From the NCBI RefSeq assembly GCF_016793825.1, contig NZ_JAEULM010000016.1, positions 33,930 through 97,929 on the forward strand: a DNA stretch of 64,000 bases. The letters are read 5' to 3'. The notes under the pieces were generated by a model that did not search any database, was not told the DNA's origin, and worked only from the letters and a program-made list of their open reading frames with translations. This DNA comes from Sphingopyxis sp. Lineage in GTDB: Bacteria > Pseudomonadota > Alphaproteobacteria > Sphingomonadales > Sphingomonadaceae. Positions 19,054 through 27,450 of this stretch are shown here, one piece after another. The stretch's first letter is position 1. The number at the start of each line of letters is the position of its first letter. Both the position numbers and the translations under genes were made by a program.

Positions 19054-19680
19054 TCACGATGCGGCGTGGGCGGCGCCATATTCGACCCAGCCAAAGGGGC
19101 GTGGGGTCTTCGGCATATAGGCGGCGCCCTGTCGATCGACTGCAAATCCGGCTTTTTCATAAGCATCGGCGATCGGCCGCGTGAGATGGCAATTGCCTCC
19201 GATGCGCTTCCATACAGGCTCGATGCGCCGCTGCCATTTGGCGACGCCCGCGTCGGGAGCGCCGCCATGTTCGAGGAACAGCGCGGTGCCGCCGGGTTTC
19301 AGCACGCGACGGATTTCGCCGAGCACCGCTGCCTGATCGGCGACCGAGCAGAGCGTGAAGGTCGTGACCACCGTGTCGAAGCGTCCGCTCTCGAACGGCA
19401 TCGCTTCGCCGATGCCGCCCTGAATGTCGGCTGGCATCCCGCGTGCCGCAGCGGCAGCTCGGCTCATCGCGAGCAGTTCGGGTGAGGGGTCGAGCCCGGT
19501 GAAATGCGTCACGCGCGTCGGGTCATAGAATTCCATGTTGATGCCCCCGCCGCAGCCGAGTTCCAGAACGTCGCCCGCGGCATGCGGTACGACCCGGCTT
19601 CGCGCTTTCATGATCTGCCCTTGCGAGCAGGCGCATTTGATCAGCCGCGGCACCCCATGACGTTCCCACCAACTCGCCAT
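19054..19680 (-). CDS. Class I SAM-dependent methyltransferase
   Basis: VLELGCGGG, GLDPS, FDTVV..FTLCSV, LKPGG, FLEHG. Confidence 0.9.
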   Translation of the reverse strand: MASWWERHGVPRLIKCACSQGQIMKARSRVVPHAAGDVLELGCGGGINMEFYDPTRVTHFTGLDPSPELLAMSRAAAAARGMPADIQGGIGEAMPFESGRFDTVVTTFTLCSVADQAAVLGEIRRVLKPGGTALFLEHGGAPDAGVAKWQRRIEPVWKRIGGNCHLTRPIADAYEKAGFAVDRQGAAYMPKTPRPFGWVEYGAAHAAS

Positions 19681-19773
19681 TTTTCCGACTCCCCTTGGCG
19701 CGGAAGGTGACCCTTGCTAGCGCGGTTGGCAACACCCATCTGTGCGGTCCCGCACAGGATTCGAAAGACTGTC

Positions 19774-20739
19774 ATGCCTGCTACGCACCACACCAAAATG
19801 CTCATTCTGGGTTCCGGCCCGGCCGGTCTGTCGGCCGCCATCTATGCCGCGCGCGCGGGAATGAAGCCGATCGTCGTGCAAGGGCTGCAGCCGGGCGGCC
19901 AGCTGACCATCACCACCGACGTCGAAAACTATCCCGGCTTTGCCGAAGTCATCCAGGGGCCTTGGCTGATGGAACAGATGACCGCGCAGGCGACGCATGT
20001 CGGCACGAGCATGATCTGGGACACGATTGTCGATGTCGACCTGTCGGTGCGGCCGTTCAAGCTGACCGGCGACGGCGGCGACGTCTATCTCGCTGAAACG
20101 CTGGTGATCGCGACCGGCGCACAGGCGAAATGGCTGGGGGTTTCGGGTGAGCAGGAACTGGGCGGCAAGGGGGTTTCGGCCTGCGCGACCTGCGATGGTT
20201 TCTTCTATCGCAGCAAGAAGGTGGTCGTGATCGGTGGCGGCAACACCGCGGTCGAGGAGGCGCTGTATCTGACCAACCACAGCGACGATGTGACGCTGAT
20301 TCATCGCCGCGACCATCTGCGCGCCGAAAAGATCCTGCAGGATCGCCTCCACGCGAACCCCAAGATCAAGGTGCTCTGGAACAAGCGCGTCGACCGGTTC
20401 GTTGCCGGCGAGGGTGCGGCGGGACTCGTTGGCGTCGATCTGATCGATACCGTCACCGGCGAGGCCAGCCACGAGCCGACCGACGGCGGCTTCGTTGCGA
20501 TCGGCCACAGCCCGTCGACCGAATTGTTCAAGGGTAAACTGCCGCTCGACGACGACGGCTATCTTCATGTGACGCCGGGCACGTCGCTGACGTCGATCCC
20601 GGGCGTGTTCGCCGCCGGCGACGTGACGGACAAGGTATATCGGCAGGCGGTGACCGCGGCGGGCATGGGGTGCATGGCCGCGCTTGACGCCGAGCGCTTT
20701 CTGGCCGAGGCGGAGTATAAGGCGCTGGTGGAGGCGTAG
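19774..20739 (+). CDS. trxB: Thioredoxin reductase
   Basis: GSGPAG, GGQL, CATCDG, GGGNTAVEEA, HRRD, FAAGDV, QAVTAAG. Start MPATHHT (19774). Confidence 0.97.
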   Translation: MPATHHTKMLILGSGPAGLSAAIYAARAGMKPIVVQGLQPGGQLTITTDVENYPGFAEVIQGPWLMEQMTAQATHVGTSMIWDTIVDVDLSVRPFKLTGDGGDVYLAETLVIATGAQAKWLGVSGEQELGGKGVSACATCDGFFYRSKKVVVIGGGNTAVEEALYLTNHSDDVTLIHRRDHLRAEKILQDRLHANPKIKVLWNKRVDRFVAGEGAAGLVGVDLIDTVTGEASHEPTDGGFVAIGHSPSTELFKGKLPLDDDGYLHVTPGTSLTSIPGVFAAGDVTDKVYRQAVTAAGMGCMAALDAERFLAEAEYKALVEA

Positions 20740-20785
20740 GCCGGGTCGGAAGGAAGGGTGCGACCGGGGGACGACATCGCCTTTT

Positions 20786-20811
20786 CGTCACCCTGACCTT
20801 GTTTCAGGGTC
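20786..20811 (+). repeat. Solo CGTC-type REP
   Basis: CGTC tag overlapping the start of hairpin ACCCTGA-ccttgtt-TCAGGGT, located between convergent genes. Confidence 0.65.
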
Positions 20812-20921
20812 CGTGACCTGCCGTTTCCTTCTATGCGGCGCCAGTTGAGAGCTCAGGCCATGGGGGCTGAGGCAAGTTCGGCACGACGATTTTGGAGGGC
20901 AGCTCTACGCCCGCAACATCG

Positions 20922-21710
20922 TCAGCCCAATCTCTCCAATATCCGCGCCGCCAGCCATTCGGCGTCTCGCCCGGCAAAGCTGTGGGACGGGCTGTCGAGC
21001 CGCTCGACCGCGACAGGCGGCTGCTTGCAGCTTTCCACAAACGCCTGCGCGGTACGGTCGCCGGTCGCGAGCAGGATCGTCGCGGGACAGACGAGAGTCG
21101 CCATCGCGCGGTCGAGCCGGGCCGGCAAGCTGCCGGGTAAAGAGACAGGCTTAGCTTTGCCGAGCGCGGACAGGCCGCGCAGCAGTTTGCGGATATCGAT
21201 CTCGCCCCTGAGCAGGCGGAGCAGGCTTTTGGGGTCTTTCAGCCGCGAAAGATAGCGCGCGCGGATCGCCGCAGCGGGGGGCAGGACAGGTTCATCCGCT
21301 TCCGCCCCGCTCTCGTCATAGGTCCAGGGATTGGCGAGGAGCAGCGCATCGATCGGCAACGGCTGGTGCAGCAGCAGTGCGCTCGCCGCATCGCAATTGC
21401 CGAAGGCGACGATGCGCGTGACGTGCGGCGCGGCCGCGCGGAAGGCGGCGATGGCGGCTGCGACGTCGGGGCCGCTGTTCGCATAGCCGCCGTTCTCGCC
21501 GGTGCTGTCCCCGACCCCGCGCCGGTCGAACCGGAACACCGGATAGCCTTCGCCGGCGATCCGCTGTGCGAGCATAGCCATGCCGCGATGCGCGCCGCTG
21601 CGAACTTCGTTGCCGCCGGAGACGATCAGCAGGCCCGTCGCGCCCGGCGCCTCGTCGAGACTTGCGGCGAGCGTCGCGCCTTCGCACCCAAAGCTCAGCT
21701 GATGCCGCAT
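20922..21710 (-). CDS. Alpha/beta hydrolase 1, exosortase A system-associated
   Basis: VSGGNEVRSGAHRG, FRFDRRGVGDS, FGNCDAAS (Cys at the nucleophile elbow), LLANPW. Start MRHQLSF (21710). Confidence 0.85.
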   Translation of the reverse strand: MRHQLSFGCEGATLAASLDEAPGATGLLIVSGGNEVRSGAHRGMAMLAQRIAGEGYPVFRFDRRGVGDSTGENGGYANSGPDVAAAIAAFRAAAPHVTRIVAFGNCDAASALLLHQPLPIDALLLANPWTYDESGAEADEPVLPPAAAIRARYLSRLKDPKSLLRLLRGEIDIRKLLRGLSALGKAKPVSLPGSLPARLDRAMATLVCPATILLATGDRTAQAFVESCKQPPVAVERLDSPSHSFAGRDAEWLAARILERLG

Positions 21711-22375
21711 GTCTTGCTCCAGGCGGCGATGTCCGAGGCGATCGCGCCGGCCATGGCGGCGTCCTCGCCCGGCTCCGCGCGCAGCCACAGCGGGGTTCCC
21801 GCGATGCCGTCGGCCCCGAGGCCGACGCTGCGAAGCGGCGCGACCGGTTGCGGTTCGGCGCTGCCAAGCTGAGCGACCATTGCTGGCGACAGCGCATTGC
21901 CGGCCAGCAGCAACGTCGCGGTTTGCGCATCGGCTTGCAGGCTGTCCAGCGACGATTCGATACCGGCTTCGCGATCCGCCGTCACCCGCCCGCGCAGCAT
22001 CGTCCGGAGCAGCGGGGCGCCGCCGACAGGGGCGAGGCGCCACCATGCCGACGCCGCTGGCCGATGATCGATCAACGCACCTCCACGAACCGAGGCGACA
22101 AGGATCGGGCCGTCGATTCCGTCCGCATTCTTGGCGAGCGCATCCTGCCAGCGGTCGAGATCGACGAGGTCAAGCGGTACGAGGCTTTCATTCTGCCCCG
22201 GAAGATCGGGTAGCACCGCCGCAAACCCGTCCGCCGCCAGCTCCCGCATCGCCAGCACCAGCGTGCGGCGCAGCCGGTTCGCTTCATCGAACAGCGGCGG
22301 GACGATCAGGACGGTTGCGCGTGGCGCGCCTGCGGGGTCGATCCGCAATTGATGCTCGGTAGCATCCGCCGCCAT
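21695..22375 (-). CDS. Alpha/beta hydrolase 2, exosortase A system-associated
   Basis: PPLFDEANRLRR, PDLPGQNES, ASVRGGAL, PLWLRAEP. It overlaps hydrolase 1. Confidence 0.8.
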   Translation of the reverse strand: MAADATEHQLRIDPAGAPRATVLIVPPLFDEANRLRRTLVLAMRELAADGFAAVLPDLPGQNESLVPLDLVDLDRWQDALAKNADGIDGPILVASVRGGALIDHRPAASAWWRLAPVGGAPLLRTMLRGRVTADREAGIESSLDSLQADAQTATLLLAGNALSPAMVAQLGSAEPQPVAPLRSVGLGADGIAGTPLWLRAEPGEDAAMAGAIASDIAAWSKTCGIS

Positions 22376-22397
22376 GATAAGCAGCCCTCTCTTCTAT

Positions 22398-22474
22398 CGT
22401 CATCCCGGCGAAGGCCGGGATCTCGCCGTGGCTGGAAACTCCACGGCGAGATCCCGGCCTTCGCCGGGATGACG
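22398..22474. repeat. Perfect CGTC-REP dimer (REPIN), 34-bp stem
   Basis: 22398-22431 is the exact reverse complement of 22441-22474, with a 9-nt loop. Each arm starts with CGTC and contains its own ATCCCGGC/GCCGGGAT hairpin. Confidence 0.95.
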
Positions 22475-22497
22475 GGATAGAAGGGAAGCGATGGCCG

Positions 22498-22764
22498 TCA
22501 CCCCGCTACCTTGCGCTCGGAAAAGGCGAGAAGATTGCCATAGGTTTCAAATATTTCGCCATCGATCTCATCATCGTCGATGATGATGCCGAGGCGATCC
22601 TCTATTTCGGTCAGCACCGTCGCGACCGCCATCGAATCGAATTCGGGCAGGGCGCCGAACAGGCCGCTGTCGTCGGTCAGAGCAGCGGCGCGACGTTCGC
22701 CGAGGCCGAGGACGTCGGCGAGCAGTGCGCGAAGAATGGCATCGACGGTGGCGTTATCGGTCAT
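22498..22764 (-). CDS. Acyl carrier protein (exosortase A system-associated)
   Basis: Acidic 88-aa protein with the phosphopantetheine motif LPEFDSMAV and the segment IEDRLGIII. Start MTDNATV (22764). Confidence 0.92.
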   Translation of the reverse strand: MTDNATVDAILRALLADVLGLGERRAAALTDDSGLFGALPEFDSMAVATVLTEIEDRLGIIIDDDEIDGEIFETYGNLLAFSERKVAG

Positions 22765-23768
22765 ATGTCTTTCCTGAGCAGGGAACGCGCAAAGGCCTTG
22801 GATGCCGGTCCCCATGCCGCGAGCCGCGTCGGATTGAAAGCCTCGATCCGCCACAACGGTTCGTGCCGGTTCATCCAGTCCCGTTTATAAGCGTCGTTTC
22901 CTGTTCCGAAGTCGATGCGCTTCACACCATCGATCTCGATCGTGTGGCGAAACAGCGCGGCCGACAACAGGGTTCCGGGGGACGCCTTCAGGCTGTCTTC
23001 GACATGAGCGAGCTTGTGGATGAAAGCGGTGCCATCCTCGACGGTCCAGAATTGCGCGGCGACCGGGGCGCCGTCGATGCGGGCGAGACCCATGCGAAAG
23101 GTGCCGCGCGCGCTTTCGGCCTCCGCAAAGGCACGAAGCAGTGCCGGATGGCCTTCCTCGGGCTTCCAGCTCGCGGCATAGATTTGTTCGTAGGCGATCC
23201 AGCTTTCGGGATCGAAGCGGGTGAGCAGTGCGATATCGACGATGGCCTTCTTCGCCTTACGCTGGACGGTGCTGCGCAGCGCGCCCGGTCGGCTCGCCCA
23301 CCAGCTGTCATGGTCCATTCCGGACAGGTCGAGCCAATGGCGGTCGCCGGCGCGGGTTGCATCGATCCACCAGCCGGCCGCGCGCAGCCCGGCTACGATC
23401 GTTTGCCGCTCGTCGTCGCGCACCGGAAACAGCGACAGGCGCGCGCCTCGGCGGCGCAGCTTGCGGAACAGATCCGTCAGTGCCGCTTCGTGGTCGCGCG
23501 GGCCGGTGTACAGCGGCCGGATCGCAAAACTGTACCAGTTGGCAAGACCGGCAAGATGATCCGGCTTGTCGATGCGGAGCGCCAGCCATGCCGTCGCGGC
23601 GCCGGCGCTGCCGCGCGCATCGAACCGTCCTTCACCTGCAAATCCATGGGCGGTGAGCAGGTCGAACCATGCGGGCTGGTCAAAGGGCGTCGCAAAGCCT
23701 GCGGCTTTTGCCGCATCATCATTAGCGTGATCTTCACCGTTCCCTTGCATGGTCGCGCGCTCTATCAC
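22761..23768 (-). CDS. GNAT-fold acyltransferase (CelD/BcsL-like)
   Basis: PFDQPAWF, LANWYSF, RPGALRSTVQRK, SWKPEE, VAAQFW, SPGTLL, IDFGTGNDAYKRDW. Its stop overlaps the ACP start (ATGA). The start could be 23750. Confidence 0.85.
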   Translation of the reverse strand: MIERATMQGNGEDHANDDAAKAAGFATPFDQPAWFDLLTAHGFAGEGRFDARGSAGAATAWLALRIDKPDHLAGLANWYSFAIRPLYTGPRDHEAALTDLFRKLRRRGARLSLFPVRDDERQTIVAGLRAAGWWIDATRAGDRHWLDLSGMDHDSWWASRPGALRSTVQRKAKKAIVDIALLTRFDPESWIAYEQIYAASWKPEEGHPALLRAFAEAESARGTFRMGLARIDGAPVAAQFWTVEDGTAFIHKLAHVEDSLKASPGTLLSAALFRHTIEIDGVKRIDFGTGNDAYKRDWMNRHEPLWRIEAFNPTRLAAWGPASKAFARSLLRKDI

Positions 23769-23785
23769 GAAGCTCCTAACAGCCG

Positions 23786-25318
23786 ATGACCACTTTAGAA
23801 AATCCGCCGTCGCGTCCGATCGACCATCTCGTCCATTTTGGCGCGCCGGATGCGGCTGCGCTGCTCATCGGCGACGCCGTCACCACGTTCGCCGACCTCG
23901 ATGCGGGCGTCGGCCGGCTGGCGTCGTGGCTGCTCGATCAGGTTGGCGGTCCCGGCGAGCGCGTCGCAAGCTGGAGCGCAAAGACGCGCGCCGCCTGCCT
24001 GATGCCGCTTGCCGCCGCGCGCGCGGGTTTGATCCATGTTCCCGTCAACCCGCTGCTGAAGGGGCCGCAAGTTGCGCACATCCTGTCCGACAGCGGCGCG
24101 AAACTGCTCGTCACCAATGCTGCGCGCGCAGACATGCTCGGCGCGGAACGCCCCGAAGACTGCGCATATCAGGATCTGAAGATCGCCGAAGACGTCATCG
24201 ATTCGGGTGGACAGGCGCTGCCGCCTTCGACCGCCCGGCCGGACGACCTGGCCGCGATCCTCTACACCAGCGGTTCGACCGGCCGCCCCAAGGGGGTGAT
24301 GCTGAGCCATGCCAATCTGTGGCTCGGCGCCGAGAGCGTGGCGTCCTATCTGAACCTCGTGCCCGATGATCGCGTGCTTGCGGTCCTGCCCTTCAGCTTC
24401 GATTATGGACAGAGCCAGTTGCTTTCAAGCTGGTACGCGGGGGCGGCGGTCGCACCGCTCGATTATCTGACCCCGCGCGACGTTGTGAAGACGGCCGCGC
24501 GGCATCGCATCACGACCCTTGCCGGCGTGCCGCCGCTGTGGGTGCAACTCGTCGAGAGCGAATGGCCTGCCGATACTGCCGCGCTGCTGAGGCGGCTGAC
24601 GAACAGCGGCGGTGCGCTGACGCCCTCGCTCATCGACGCGATGCGTGCGACTTTCCCTCGCGCCGATATCTACCCGATGTATGGGCTGACGGAGGCGTTT
24701 CGGTCGACCTGGCTCGATCCGGCGCTCGTCGCCGACCATCCGACGTCGATGGGCCGCGCGATTCCACACGCCGAAATCCTCGTTTGCCGCGCCGACGGCA
24801 GCATCACGAACGACGACGAGGCGGGCGAACTGGTCCATGCGGGTCCGCTGGTTGCCAAGGGCTATTGGCGCGACGAGGAGCGGACGGCGCAGCGCTTCCG
24901 GCCGGCGCCTGCCGCATCGCGTTATGGGGGAACGGCGGTCTGGTCGGGCGATACCGTGCGCCGCGATGGCGATGGACTGCTCTATTTCGTGGGCCGCGAC
25001 GATGCGATGATCAAAACGGCGGGCAATCGCGTCAGCCCGACGGAGATCGAGGATGTCGCGGTCGCTTCGGGCCTCATTTACGAAGCGGTGGCATTCGGCG
25101 TTCCCGACCCGCGGCTGGGCGCCGCGATCGTGCTGATCGTACGCGGCAGAAACGGCCGTGACGATGCCGACGGGCTTGCCGCCTATCTGCGACAGAATCT
25201 GCCGAATTTCATGCAGCCGCAAGTGGTCGAATGGCGCGATGCGTTGCCGCGCAATCCCAACGGCAAGCTCGACCGTGTCGCGATCGCGGCCGAGTGGGCG
25301 CCGAAGGTGGCGGCATGA
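23786..25318 (+). CDS. AMP-forming acyl-CoA/ACP ligase, exosortase A system-associated
   Basis: Adenylation motifs YTSGSTGRPKG, YGLTEA, SGD, VGR.D.MIK, PRNPNGK. Confidence 0.93.
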   Translation: MTTLENPPSRPIDHLVHFGAPDAAALLIGDAVTTFADLDAGVGRLASWLLDQVGGPGERVASWSAKTRAACLMPLAAARAGLIHVPVNPLLKGPQVAHILSDSGAKLLVTNAARADMLGAERPEDCAYQDLKIAEDVIDSGGQALPPSTARPDDLAAILYTSGSTGRPKGVMLSHANLWLGAESVASYLNLVPDDRVLAVLPFSFDYGQSQLLSSWYAGAAVAPLDYLTPRDVVKTAARHRITTLAGVPPLWVQLVESEWPADTAALLRRLTNSGGALTPSLIDAMRATFPRADIYPMYGLTEAFRSTWLDPALVADHPTSMGRAIPHAEILVCRADGSITNDDEAGELVHAGPLVAKGYWRDEERTAQRFRPAPAASRYGGTAVWSGDTVRRDGDGLLYFVGRDDAMIKTAGNRVSPTEIEDVAVASGLIYEAVAFGVPDPRLGAAIVLIVRGRNGRDDADGLAAYLRQNLPNFMQPQVVEWRDALPRNPNGKLDRVAIAAEWAPKVAA

Positions 25319-26544
25319 AGCCGCACGGCCCGATACCATCCGGCTTTTCCGCCGATGCCGATGGCATGCTGCTGATCGGCGGCCGGCGGGCCGACGACCT
25401 TGCTAAGGCTGCGGGCGATACGCCGCTCTTCGTCTATGACGGCGCGATGCTGGCCGCGCGGGTTGCCGAATGGCGCCGGGCGATGCCTGCCGAGGTGCAA
25501 TTGCATTATGCGATGAAGGCCAACCCTTACGCCCCATTGCTGGGGCGAATGGCTGGCCTTGTCGATGGGTTCGATGTCGCATCGGGCGGGGAACTCGCCG
25601 CCGCACTCGCTAGCGGCATGTCCGCGGACCACATCAGTTTCGCCGGCCCCGGCAAGCGCGATCGCGAGCTGGAGGCCGCCATATCGGCGGGTGCGACGAT
25701 CAATCTGGAATCGGCGGGTGAGGCCGATCGGGCGCTTGCGATCGGCGCGCGGCTTGGCGTCGTGCCCCGGCTCGCGGTCCGGGTGAACCCCGATTTCGAC
25801 CTCAAGGGGTCGGGGATGAAGATGGGCGGCGGCGCAAAGCCGTTCGGCGTCGATGCCGTCGCGGTTCCCGCGCTGGTCGGGCGCCTGCTCGAAGCCGGCG
25901 CCGATTGGCGGGGTTTTCATATTTTTGCCGGATCGCAGGCCCTTGATGCAGGGGCCATCGCCGATACGCAGGCGCAAACGCTCGCGCTCGCGGCACGCCT
26001 TGCGGCGGAGATCGGCCGCACGCCACCTCTCGTCAACCTGGGCGGCGGAATGGGCGTGCCCTATTTCCCGGGCGATACCGCCGTCGATGCCGTCGCGGTC
26101 GGTCGGGCGCTCGGCGATGCTCTTGCGGCGCGCGATCGGCGTCTTGCCGACAGTCGCTTCGCGATGGAACTCGGGCGCTGGCTGGTCGCCGAGGCGGGCG
26201 TATATCTGACGCGCGTCGTCGACAGGAAAACCAGCCATGGCGAGACCTTTCTGGTGACCGATGGCGGCCTCCACCATCAGCTTGCCGCGAGCGGCAATTT
26301 CGGGACCGTCATTCGCCGCAACTATCCGATCGCGGTGGCGAACCGCTTTGGCGCCGAACCTTCCGAAACGGTGTCGGTTGTCGGCTGTCTTTGCACGCCG
26401 CTCGATCGGCTCGGCGATCAGGTCGCACTTCCATATGCCGATGTTCATGATCTTGTTGTGATTTTTCAGGCGGGCGCCTATGGCGCAACCGCGAGTCCGT
26501 CGGCCTTTCTGGGGCAGGGGCGAGCGCAAGAGATGCTGGTCTGA
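25315..26544 (+). CDS. PLP-dependent decarboxylase (fold type III, DAP-DC/BtrK-like), exosortase A system-associated
   Basis: YAMKAN (PLP Lys), FAGPGK, HIFAGSQ, NLGGG, ELGR.LV, CLCTPLD, GAYG. Start MKPHGP overlaps the ligase stop (ATGA). Confidence 0.92.
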   Translation: MKPHGPIPSGFSADADGMLLIGGRRADDLAKAAGDTPLFVYDGAMLAARVAEWRRAMPAEVQLHYAMKANPYAPLLGRMAGLVDGFDVASGGELAAALASGMSADHISFAGPGKRDRELEAAISAGATINLESAGEADRALAIGARLGVVPRLAVRVNPDFDLKGSGMKMGGGAKPFGVDAVAVPALVGRLLEAGADWRGFHIFAGSQALDAGAIADTQAQTLALAARLAAEIGRTPPLVNLGGGMGVPYFPGDTAVDAVAVGRALGDALAARDRRLADSRFAMELGRWLVAEAGVYLTRVVDRKTSHGETFLVTDGGLHHQLAASGNFGTVIRRNYPIAVANRFGAEPSETVSVVGCLCTPLDRLGDQVALPYADVHDLVVIFQAGAYGATASPSAFLGQGRAQEMLV

Positions 26545-26726
26545 CGGGATCCGATAAAGGTTAACTTCTGTGCCGGATTGGCACAGAGTTCTGCGACGAC
26601 GGTGTGAACTTATCCCAATACTAACGGTATGTTCACCCTTTTCGAGCAATGGCTGACCCTGACGCAATGGCTGTCTTCGCGAGGTTCCGGGACTTGCGGG
26701 CATCCGGCCGTTCGAAAGGTGACTAG

Positions 26727-27389
26727 ATGAAAACGTCCTTCCCCTCGCTTCGCGCTGCCAAGGCCGCACTGGTTTCGGGCATCGCCGCGACCGCGCTCAC
26801 GGGCTGCATCGGCACCAGCGGGGGCCCCGCGCCGCAGTTGCCGAGCGCGAACTTCGTCGCCAATCAGGAAGGACCGGGCGAAGAATATATCATCGGGCCG
26901 CTCGACGAACTCCAGATCTTCGTCTGGCGCAATCCGGAGCTTGGCGGCAAGGTGCAGGTGCGCCCCGACGGCCGCATCACGACGCCACTGATCACTGATA
27001 TGCCCGCCGTCGGCAAGACGCCCACGATGCTGCAACAGGACATCAAGCTGCAACTCAGCCAGTATATCACCGATCCGATCGTCAGCGTGATCGTTACCAG
27101 TTTCAACAGCACCTTCTCGCAGCAGGTGCGCGTTGTCGGCGCGACCGAAAAGCCGGCGTCGATCCCGTTCCGTGCCAACATGACGGTGCTGGATGCGATG
27201 ATCGCGGTCGGCGGCCTTGGCGAATATGCCGCAGGCAACAAGGCGCGGCTGGTACGATTCGACAAGGGTACGGGCAAGCAGGAGGAGTTTGGCCTGCGCC
27301 TCAATGACCTGATCAAGCGCGGCGACATCAAAGCGAATGTCCGGTTGCAGCCGGGCGACGTGATCATCATTCCCGAAAGCATGTTCTGA
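26727..27389 (+). CDS. Polysaccharide export lipoprotein (Wza/OPX), XrtA system
   Basis: Lipobox LTGC, YIIGPLDEL.IFVWRNPEL, VRPDGRITTPL, LQPGDVIIIPES. Confidence 0.93.
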   Translation: MKTSFPSLRAAKAALVSGIAATALTGCIGTSGGPAPQLPSANFVANQEGPGEEYIIGPLDELQIFVWRNPELGGKVQVRPDGRITTPLITDMPAVGKTPTMLQQDIKLQLSQYITDPIVSVIVTSFNSTFSQQVRVVGATEKPASIPFRANMTVLDAMIAVGGLGEYAAGNKARLVRFDKGTGKQEEFGLRLNDLIKRGDIKANVRLQPGDVIIIPESMF

Positions 27390-27450
27390 CCAAAACCGAC
27401 CGCTGAATCGCAGCTTTTGCCCCAGAGGCTTTGAGGACTGACCAGAGACG

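Noticed and set aside
26579-26594. TGGCAC...TGC resembling a sigma-54 promoter before the EPS export operon
   Set aside because: GG-to-GC spacing is 11 nt instead of the required 10, and the site is one arm of a hairpin (26563-26590).
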